Shown piece after piece: positions 1 through 7,351 of a stretch of 20,000 nucleotides of DNA. The notes below the pieces were generated by a model. It saw nothing but the letters and a program-made list of their open reading frames with translations. It was not told the DNA's origin and searched no databases. The DNA comes from Bacteroidales bacterium (GTDB lineage: Bacteria; Bacteroidota; Bacteroidia; Bacteroidales; CAIWKO01). A program made the translations under genes and the position numbers. The stretch's first letter is position 1. Each line of letters begins with the position of its first letter. The DNA is taken from contig DAOORA010000015.1 in NCBI GenBank assembly GCA_035389045.1, positions 57,324 to 77,323 of the forward strand, given 5' to 3'.

Positions 1-1810
1 CTCCCGGAGCTACCACTACATCATAAACAGCAAACGGAAGATTGACCTGAGATAAAATAGTCAGATCAGCATCATATTTAATGATTCTGTCTGCTGAACC
101 GACGTACACATTTCCGCAATCATCCACAGCAATTCCGCTGTTGCCGGGTTGATGATAACTGGTCATGGTCACGGTGGTATTAATACCTCCCGGAATGGCT
201 GCAGAGCTGATTACTGAGCCATCGGTCAAAGAGCGTTTTTCTATAGTGTTCCCGTTTTGAGTATATACAAAATTGTCGTTGGCCCTGATGGACCGTATGC
301 CGGCATTGCCGTTATTGGGCCGGTAATTCTCGCATTTATAGGAGAATTCGTAATTGGTGAATTCTTTAAACACAGGCCCGTTGGTGGAACACAGTGTCAT
401 ATTCTGGTTGATAGCGCCCACAGAATCGAGGGTGAGAAAATAGTACTTGGCATCACGGGACGATGATAAGGCTCTTACTTCATTAGGGTATACGGTAGGC
501 ATGCCCATGATCGTAAAAGTTTTACTTGCGGCAACATTTGTCATGGCAAGCACGCTGCCGTTAGTTGTGCTGATGTCGAAGATGACGCCGTTGCTGTTGG
601 CTACATTGATAATATCGTTGATGCGTGTGCCGCCTACTATCAGCTTGGTCTGATCGCAATTGAAACATATCATCCAGTATTCATCCAGGGGGCCGCCGTT
701 GGCGCTCCACTGCATGGAACCGGAACTGTTGATTTTCTGAATGGCCGCCACAGATCCTGAAGTGATATAAGAATTCCCGTTCTGATCTGTGGCGAGGGTT
801 CCCAGCCAGTTGTTAGCCGTATCCCAGGGGGTGTTGTATGTCCATTGCAATACTCCCGAAGCATTGTACTTCTGCAGTTTCATCGGCATATCCCCGCCTA
901 TGATATATACGTTGCCGGCAGCATCTTTATCCACTTCCCATACACAGTTCGAATTGGGCAGTGAAGGTGTTTGCACCCAGGGATCTATTATGACCCTCTG
1001 TGTATTGTCATAGTTTTCAAGAACAAAGCCGACCTCATTATTGTTATTTAATTGAAAATGAGATTTTACAGGGTTGCCCTTTTTTTCATAAAAACTTACC
1101 GGAGCATGGTCGATGAGATCACCATATAGTGTAGCGATTTTAAGATTTCCATTCCCGTCAATATACATCTTCCTGTCGGAAACATATTTCATTTTTACTA
1201 CAGAAATATCGGCTCCGGGGTGTAATATCAGCGTATATTTTATCCCGGATTCCGGATGAAAGGTATAGGCTACATCAATACCGGGATACAGATTTTTGTA
1301 GGTAATTTTTTTATATCCTTTAATGTTTCTGATATCGTAATAACTTTTCCGGTCTTTGCTCAACATCGAATAGGTTTGATAATCAGGAGTCAGTTCGTCA
1401 GCCACAATCTCCGGATTGGGGTTAGCGCCAAGCCATGACATGTGTACAAAATCACTGATAGTCAGTTTTTTGGGCTTGGTAGTGTCGCCTTTTTTCCGTT
1501 CAGGATTTCTGATTTTGGTGTTCAGGTGATAAGTGAGGCCTTGTTTTGTAAAATATACCTGAAAATTGGTATGGTCAATCCCATACAAAATCTGCGACCC
1601 GGGTAATTTGGCGCGTACATCGAACTGTCCTTTATTTTCAAGAAAAACTTTTGGATAATTCCAGGTTACCGACCAGTTGGTCTGTGCAAAAATTTCTGTG
1701 CCCGAAATAATGGTGATGCACACTATAAAAGCAAAACCTAACAAGGCTGTGTGCATTTTTTTTGGGATTTTTAGCAGAACTTCATTCAATGTAAAGTGTT
1801 TATAATACAT
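1..1810 (-). CDS. Large secreted beta-propeller surface protein, tandem paralog of 1878..5261; 5' part only, continues past the left edge
   Basis: Not in the ORF track (no stop inside the window). Manual translation from ATG 1810 (in-frame alternative ATG 1756): MYYKHF...MHTALLGFAFIVCITIISGTEIFAQTNWSVTWNYPKVFLENKGQFD. The same frame at the edge reads VDDCGNVYVGSADRIIKYDADLTILSQVNLPFAVYDVVVAPG, colinear with the 1127-aa protein at an offset of 3496-3499 nt. Confidence 0.88.
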   Translation of the reverse strand, partial: MYYKHFTLNEVLLKIPKKMHTALLGFAFIVCITIISGTEIFAQTNWSVTWNYPKVFLENKGQFDVRAKLPGSQILYGIDHTNFQVYFTKQGLTYHLNTKIRNPERKKGDTTKPKKLTISDFVHMSWLGANPNPEIVADELTPDYQTYSMLSKDRKSYYDIRNIKGYKKITYKNLYPGIDVAYTFHPESGIKYTLILHPGADISVVKMKYVSDRKMYIDGNGNLKIATLYGDLIDHAPVSFYEKKGNPVKSHFQLNNNNEVGFVLENYDNTQRVIIDPWVQTPSLPNSNCVWEVDKDAAGNVYIIGGDMPMKLQKYNASGVLQWTYNTPWDTANNWLGTLATDQNGNSYITSGSVAAIQKINSSGSMQWSANGGPLDEYWMICFNCDQTKLIVGGTRINDIINVANSNGVIFDISTTNGSVLAMTNVAASKTFTIMGMPTVYPNEVRALSSSRDAKYYFLTLDSVGAINQNMTLCSTNGPVFKEFTNYEFSYKCENYRPNNGNAGIRSIRANDNFVYTQNGNTIEKRSLTDGSVISSAAIPGGINTTVTMTSYHQPGNSGIAVDDCGNVYVGSADRIIKYDADLTILSQVNLPFAVYDVVVAPG

Positions 1811-1877
1811 GATCAGATAATATTTTTACTATAATAAAAACGCCGGACATCCTGTTTTAATTTGGTCACAACCATTC

Positions 1878-4800
1878 TTATCTTATAAGCGTGATGGTTC
1901 CGGTCAAATCATATTCCACGTCATCGTTACCGACTGCTTTGATGATAAAATAGTACACTCCGTCGGCGGCATCATTTCCGCTGTTGGTTTTTCCATCCCA
2001 TCCCTTACTGACGTCTGTCCATTCAAATATTTTTTTACCCCAGCGGTTGAAAATGGTGGCAGCAAAGGTTCTGATCTCTCTGGATTCCATGATGAATTCA
2101 TCGTTATGGCCGTCGTTGTTGGGTGTAAACACATTGGGAATGACAAGTATTGAGGGCTTCTGAACCTCAATTACAAGTTGGAATGTGTCAACACAAAAGT
2201 CTGGTATTCCGGTAGTTACAATAAGGGTGACGGTATACGAACCTATGGTGTCATACACGTGTCCCGGGTTCTGATCGGAAGAAACATCTCCGTCGCCGAA
2301 ATCCCAGAACCATGCCACGGCGCCGGATCCGGTGTAGGTGAAACTGACGATAAGCGGGACATTTCCCGACTGTGGATTGGCTGTAAAATCGGCGCTTACG
2401 GTCACCGATGTTTCCACGGTGGTGGAGGCCGTTTTTGTACAGGAGTTTCCGTCGGTGACGGTCAGGGAATAAGTTCCTGCGCACAGGTCGGTTAGGGAAG
2501 GGAGTGTGTCCTGCGGAGGATTCCATGCATACGAATATGGCCCGTCGCCGCCTGTGACAAACGAACTGACAGCGCCGTCGCAGCTGTTGGGACAATGTTC
2601 ATCCTGAGGGGTCAGCATGATGGTCATTTCAGTAGGTTGGTTTATGGTGACATAGGTTGAGTCGCGGCAGGTGTCGTTGTCGGTGGCCACGAGGTTATAT
2701 ACTCCGGCAGCAAGTCCTGTGAAAGTCTGGGCGCCGCTGACATTGCTGAATGATGCAATGACTGCCCCTGAGCTGTTTTTGAGATCCAGGCTGTAGGGGG
2801 CAGCGCCTCCGCTTGTCGTTACGGTAAATCCTCCGTTGGTCTGTCCGGGACACACATTGACTACATTAGTCATGTTGAACGTGAAGTGTGGGCAAGCCGA
2901 ACAGGCAGGCAGTGACGCCGTATCGTATATTATATAAAAATTTCCATTATTATCAATCACCCTCATAGTATCTCCTACGGGGGGGGTGACGGTGTTTCCT
3001 GTTGCAAAAGCTGTCCATACAGTAATGATAACTCCGTTGCAGATGGGCGGCATACATACTCCCATGTAACAACTGCTGCAGTCGAGCGAATCGGAACCTG
3101 TCTGCCATGTATACGGGGCAAAACCTCCGGAAACGGATAAGTCGCCGTTGGGTTCCTGGCATACGTAAAGAGCCATGCAGTTGTTTACGGTGATATTTAT
3201 GGAGCTGCTGCCACAGGGTAAGGTATAAGTAATGGTATGTGTTCCGGGACCAGCTGCTGAGGGATCAAAAACCCCGGTTACCGGGTCAACTCCCGGCCCG
3301 CTCCAGCTTCCGCCGGAGGTTTCAGTAACGAGAGTAACAGCTGCGTCTGTCTGACAGAAGGGCCCCGCAGGGCAAATGCTGGTATTACAGCAGATCAAAG
3401 CAAACGGGTGACATGCCGACATATTTATAGACTGAATATAACCCGTCCGTGATGAGCTGGAAGAGGTACCGGTGCCGCCGCAAACAACCACATTACCTCC
3501 GGGCGTCACCACTACATCATAAACGGCAAAAGGAAGGTTGGTTTGCGATAATATATTAAGGTTTGCGTCATATTTAATGACCCGGTCACCGGAACCCACA
3601 TAGACATTACCACAGGAATCAACAGCGATGCCGTTGTTTCCGGGTTGATAGAAATTCATCAGCGGGGATACCAGTGTGGAAATACCTCCCGGTATGGCCG
3701 CCGAAGTAATTATTGAGCCGTCAACCAGTGAGCGTTTGTGTATGGTATTTCCGTTCTGGGTATATACGAAGTTATTATTTGCCCTGATGGCGCGGATACC
3801 CGCATTGCCGTTATTGGGCCTGTAATTTTCAGATTTATAAGCAAAGTTATAATCCGAAATATGTTTAAAAACAGGGCCGTTAGAGGAGCATAACGACATG
3901 TTCTGATTTATAGACCCTACAGAATCAAGGGTGAGAAAATAATATTTGGCATCTCTTGAAGAAGACAGCGCCCTTACTTCGTTAGGTTCCGTGATCGGCA
4001 TACCCATTACCGTATTGGTTCGGGTGGTGGCAACATTAACCAGAGATATGACACTTCCTGTAGTGGTGTTGATATCGAAAATAACGCCATGGCTATTAGG
4101 TATTACGATAGGATCAAGCCGTGTGCCGCCGACTATCAGCTTGGTCTGGTCGCAGTTGAACGATATCATCCAGTATTCGTCCATCGCTCCGCCGGTGGCG
4201 CTCCAAACCATGGAGCCTGCTGAATTCACTTTTTGAATGGCAGCAGTAGAACCGGAAGTGACGTATGAATTTCCGTTCAGATCGGTGGCCAGCGTGCCCA
4301 GCCAGCTGTTGGTAGTATCCCAGGGTGTGCTGTAGGTCCATTGTAAAACACCCGAAGCATTGTATTTCTGCAGTTTCATCGGCATATCCCCGCCTATGAC
4401 GTAAATGTTCCCGGCGGCATCTTTATCCAGTTCCCAGACACAGTTTGAATTGGGAAGCGAAGGTGTTTGCACCCAGGGATCCACAATGATCTTTTGTGAT
4501 GGATCATAATTGCCGAGAATAAAACCGACCTCGTTATTATCATATAATTGAAAATGTGATTTTACGGGTTTGCCGTTTTTTTCATAAAAAGTCAACGGGG
4601 CATGGTCGATGATGTCGCCATAAAGTGTTGCGATTTTAAGATTTCCGTTCTCGTCAATAAACATTTTTCTGTCGGAAGCATATTTCATTTTTACTACAGA
4701 GATATCAGCTCCGGGGTGTAATATCAGCGTATATTTTATCCCGGATTCCGGATGAAAGGTATAGGCTACATCAATACCGGGGTAAAGGTTTTTATAGGTA

Positions 4801-5261
4801 ATCTTTTTAAACCCTTTGATATTTCTGATATCGTAATAACTTTTCCGGTCTTTGCCCAGCATGGAATAGGTCTGATAATCGGGCATCATTTCTTCAGCAA
4901 CAATTTCGGGGTTGGGGTTGGCGCCAAGCCACGAAATGCGCACAAAATCACTGACAGTCAGTTTTTTGGGTTTTGTGGTGTCGCCTTTTTTCCGTTCAGG
5001 ATTTCTGATTTTGGTGTTCAGGTGGTAGGTGAGGCCTTGTTTGGTAAAATAAACCTGAAAATAGGTATGGTCAATACCATACAGAATCTGAGAACCACTT
5101 AATTTGTCGCGGTTATCAAATTGTCCTTTATTTTCAAGAAAAACTTTCGGATACGACCAGCTAATAGACCAGTTGCTTGCTGACTGAGATTTTCCGGTTA
5201 AAGAAAACAAGAATAGGATGGAAAAAGTCAGGATGAACGAAAAAAAACTTCTCATATTCAT
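1878..5261 (-). CDS. T9SS type-B CTD (gliding motility-associated C-terminal domain) surface protein: signal peptide, FLENKGQF N-terminal domain, SBBP-like beta-propeller, SprB-like repeats, PKD domain
   Basis: 1127 aa. Sec signal peptide; propeller blades DAAGNIYVIG, DLNGNSYVTG, DSCGNVYVG; SprB-like GGAAPYS and GGDGPYSYAW...GTYSLTVTDGNSC; PKD WFWDFGDGDVSSDQNPGHVY; C-terminus IPNVFTPNNDGHNDEF...IFNRWG...WDG...GVYYF...GTITLIR, typical of CHU_C/type-B CTD. Confidence 0.88.
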   Translation of the reverse strand: MNMRSFFSFILTFSILFLFSLTGKSQSASNWSISWSYPKVFLENKGQFDNRDKLSGSQILYGIDHTYFQVYFTKQGLTYHLNTKIRNPERKKGDTTKPKKLTVSDFVRISWLGANPNPEIVAEEMMPDYQTYSMLGKDRKSYYDIRNIKGFKKITYKNLYPGIDVAYTFHPESGIKYTLILHPGADISVVKMKYASDRKMFIDENGNLKIATLYGDIIDHAPLTFYEKNGKPVKSHFQLYDNNEVGFILGNYDPSQKIIVDPWVQTPSLPNSNCVWELDKDAAGNIYVIGGDMPMKLQKYNASGVLQWTYSTPWDTTNSWLGTLATDLNGNSYVTSGSTAAIQKVNSAGSMVWSATGGAMDEYWMISFNCDQTKLIVGGTRLDPIVIPNSHGVIFDINTTTGSVISLVNVATTRTNTVMGMPITEPNEVRALSSSRDAKYYFLTLDSVGSINQNMSLCSSNGPVFKHISDYNFAYKSENYRPNNGNAGIRAIRANNNFVYTQNGNTIHKRSLVDGSIITSAAIPGGISTLVSPLMNFYQPGNNGIAVDSCGNVYVGSGDRVIKYDANLNILSQTNLPFAVYDVVVTPGGNVVVCGGTGTSSSSSRTGYIQSINMSACHPFALICCNTSICPAGPFCQTDAAVTLVTETSGGSWSGPGVDPVTGVFDPSAAGPGTHTITYTLPCGSSSINITVNNCMALYVCQEPNGDLSVSGGFAPYTWQTGSDSLDCSSCYMGVCMPPICNGVIITVWTAFATGNTVTPPVGDTMRVIDNNGNFYIIYDTASLPACSACPHFTFNMTNVVNVCPGQTNGGFTVTTSGGAAPYSLDLKNSSGAVIASFSNVSGAQTFTGLAAGVYNLVATDNDTCRDSTYVTINQPTEMTIMLTPQDEHCPNSCDGAVSSFVTGGDGPYSYAWNPPQDTLPSLTDLCAGTYSLTVTDGNSCTKTASTTVETSVTVSADFTANPQSGNVPLIVSFTYTGSGAVAWFWDFGDGDVSSDQNPGHVYDTIGSYTVTLIVTTGIPDFCVDTFQLVIEVQKPSILVIPNVFTPNNDGHNDEFIMESREIRTFAATIFNRWGKKIFEWTDVSKGWDGKTNSGNDAADGVYYFIIKAVGNDDVEYDLTGTITLIR

Positions 5262-5332
5262 AATTGTATATAAAAAATTAAATTATTAAATCAAAGAAAA
5301 AATATAACATATCAAACAATTAAAACTACCTA

Positions 5333-5340
5333 CAAAGTTA
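5333..5340 (-). promoter_or_regulatory. Bacteroidota sigma-A -7 element (TAACTTTG) upstream of the 1127-aa gene
   Basis: Plus-strand CAAAGTTA is TAACTTTG on the minus strand, matching TAnnTTTG, about 70 nt upstream of the start at 5261. Confidence 0.5.
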
Positions 5341-5581
5341 TAAAAATAAATAATTAGTATCCCAAAATAAACCGATAAAATTTATCTTGACGAAATATGT
5401 TTCTGAGTTAGCACACAAAATATATTATTTAAAATACTTGCAATACTTGCTATTACATAAGGGCAACTAATAAGACAGCCTTTTTTTTAATAAGGTTGTT
5501 TAAAATAGAAAAAATCAGCATTGCAGTTGAAATCTATTCTTAAAAATGTACGGGAAGGGAATGGAAGAGTTGAAAACATGT

Positions 5582-5604
5582 TTTGTAAATACTTGATTTA
5601 CAAA
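5582..5604. repeat. Perfect 9-bp inverted repeat just 3' of tRNA-Glu (possible terminator or processing hairpin)
   Basis: TTTGTAAAT-acttg-ATTTACAAA, 7 nt from the tRNA 3' end. Confidence 0.55.
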
Positions 5605-5611
5605 TTTATTG

Positions 5612-5683
5612 CAGCCCCGATGAGAATCGAACTCATGTTCTTAGACTGAGAATCTACTTTCCTGACCACTAGAAGACGGGGCC
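5612..5683 (-). tRNA. tRNA-Glu (anticodon CTC), CCA not encoded
   Basis: Reverse complement GGCCCCG TC TTCT AGTGGTCA GGAA A GTAGA TTCTCAG TCTAA GAAC ATGAG TTCGATT CTCAT CGGGGCT G folds as a cloverleaf: 7-bp acceptor stem, D arm, anticodon loop TT-CTC-AG, T arm with TTCGA. Confidence 0.93.
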
Positions 5684-5721
5684 TAATCCGATCAGTGTAA
5701 AAACTGCCTCATTATTGAACA

Positions 5722-5729
5722 CAAAATTA
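5722..5729 (-). promoter_or_regulatory. Bacteroidota sigma-A -7 element (TAATTTTG) for tRNA-Glu
   Basis: Plus-strand CAAAATTA is TAATTTTG on the minus strand, about 40 nt upstream of the tRNA 5' end. Confidence 0.5.
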
Positions 5730-5943
5730 ATATTTTTTTGTTTTGGACTTATGTAATTCTGAATTTATCATTTGAAAAAAAACATTCAATTTCTCTGAAT
5801 ATACATATCATAAGCTTTGAAAACATCGTTATTTTATCGTTGTATAAATGTGAATATTAAATTGGGATTTTTGTTTTATAAAAAATGGTTTATTGTTTTT
5901 AAGGTAAGAGTGATTATTTGAGGTCCGATATTTGTATAAATGC

Positions 5944-5951
5944 TATCTTTG
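5944..5951 (+). promoter_or_regulatory. Bacteroidota sigma-A -7 element (TATCTTTG) for the beta-barrel gene
   Basis: Exact TAnnTTTG, 22 nt upstream of ATG 5974. Confidence 0.6.
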
Positions 5952-5973
5952 TCACCAAATAAATTTTTGATTC

Positions 5974-6732
5974 ATGAAAAAGATAATGTTCGTTGCCTTG
6001 TGCCTGGCCTTTTCGTTTAGTCTGAGTGCGCAGGATAAAGAAGATCAGAAAAAGATCACTTATGGCAAGCTTTCACAGGCCGACAGGCTGGTTGCTGATG
6101 TTTTTACCGATATGTGGATCATGAAGGGCGCGGCCAGCGATTCCATTGATACCAAACAGATCAATCGCGGCGCTAATGTGTATGTTATGAAAGAGTTTCC
6201 TTTTGGTACCAGCAACTTTAGTTTTGCTGTGGGTTTGGGAGTAAGCTGTCATAATATATACAGCGATGCGATGCCCATCAAAAACTATACACTTGACTCC
6301 CTGGGGGCGAAAGTTTTTGACGGGACCACCGTCTTCAAAAAAATCCCTTCAAAACTGCCTGACGGATCGCAGGACATTCATTATAAAAACAATAAATTTA
6401 CGGTGGTCTATGCCGATATTCCCCTGGAATTCCGTTTTCGCCTGAAAAATAATGCGTTTAAATTTTATCTTGGCGGAAAGTTTGGACTGATGCTGGGCAA
6501 TCATACCAAATACAGCGGCGATGATTTTACGGAAGCTTATCCGACACCGACCATTAAGATAAAGGAATATAAGATTGACAATGTGAACAAAGTCCGTTAC
6601 GGCATTACCCTGCGTACGGGTTGGAAATGGATACAGGTCTACGGTTACTATTCCTTATCCCATCTTTTCAAAAAAGACAAAGGGCCTGATATGTATCCTA
6701 TTTCGGTGGGTTTAACTATTTCTCCATATTGA
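5974..6732 (+). CDS. Outer-membrane beta-barrel protein, PorT/porin-like family
   Basis: 252 aa. Signal peptide ending SLSA-Q; amphipathic strands SFAVGLGVS, YADIPLEFRFR, FKFYLGGKFG, RYGITLRTG, YSLSHLFK; C-terminal strand ending in an aromatic residue (VGLTISPY). Confidence 0.75.
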   Translation: MKKIMFVALCLAFSFSLSAQDKEDQKKITYGKLSQADRLVADVFTDMWIMKGAASDSIDTKQINRGANVYVMKEFPFGTSNFSFAVGLGVSCHNIYSDAMPIKNYTLDSLGAKVFDGTTVFKKIPSKLPDGSQDIHYKNNKFTVVYADIPLEFRFRLKNNAFKFYLGGKFGLMLGNHTKYSGDDFTEAYPTPTIKIKEYKIDNVNKVRYGITLRTGWKWIQVYGYYSLSHLFKKDKGPDMYPISVGLTISPY

Positions 6733-6734
6733 TT

Positions 6735-7346
6735 TTAAAGCAGCAGTATTAAAATCACAAATACCGCCACTCCTGTGAGAAATCCCAGGTAGACTTCGGG
6801 GGGCTTGTGTGCGTTTTGCTTTAAACGGGCAAAACCGATCAGTCCGGCAATAGCGATAGCTATAATTATCAGGAAAGTCATATCTATATTCATTCGGATA
6901 CCGATTCCTGTCAACAGGCCTGTCACTCCTCCGATTCCGGCCATATGGGCGCTGATTTTGAATTTAAAATTGATCAGCAGCAACAATAGCGACAAAACGG
7001 TGGCACATATCAGAAAAACGCTGTACACAACAGGTATGGCAGTTTGCGATAGCAGCATATACATGAGAAAATAGATGATGGCTGTGATCAGATAGGGATA
7101 ATTCCTTTCTTCATTTGATTCCATCTGAAAACTGCTGATGATATTTTTCCATCTGAGAACCGAAAACAGTAACACAGGCATGAATACGGTGGCAGAAAAC
7201 ATCATGATTAGCAGCAGGCCTTTGGCCAAAGGATTAAGCGCTGAAGTAAAATACATATTGACATTAAAAAGCAGTAACAATGAATACATCGGCATCATCA
7301 GCGGGTGAAAGATGACCGAAACCACTTTAGCGAAGGTGTGTGCCAT
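6735..7346 (-). CDS. Membrane protein, PAP2-superfamily-like
   Basis: 203 aa, mostly hydrophobic helices. KISAHMAG and ARLKQNAHKPPEVYLG resemble PAP2 motifs 2 and 3. Starts 5 nt after the rpoN stop, so probably co-transcribed. Confidence 0.65.
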   Translation of the reverse strand: MAHTFAKVVSVIFHPLMMPMYSLLLLFNVNMYFTSALNPLAKGLLLIMMFSATVFMPVLLFSVLRWKNIISSFQMESNEERNYPYLITAIIYFLMYMLLSQTAIPVVYSVFLICATVLSLLLLLINFKFKISAHMAGIGGVTGLLTGIGIRMNIDMTFLIIIAIAIAGLIGFARLKQNAHKPPEVYLGFLTGVAVFVILILLL

Positions 7347-7351
7347 AAAAA

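Noticed and set aside
257..1438. Short ORFs of 60-74 aa in the ORF track
   Set aside because: They are antisense or off-frame shadows of the minus-strand paralog at 1..1810. Their similarity to the ORFs at 3946 and 4752 only reflects the duplication.
5240..5247. T8 tract in the signal-peptide region of the 1127-aa gene, and A8 at 1756-1763 in the paralog
   Set aside because: Eight-base A/T runs are common here (for example 5481-5488) and fit Phe/Lys codons, so there is no specific sign of phase variation.
1..5261. Diversity-generating retroelement (TR/VR pair) as the cause of the duplicated sequence
   Set aside because: The duplication spans whole coding regions, the differences are not restricted to adenines and include indels, and no reverse transcriptase is present.
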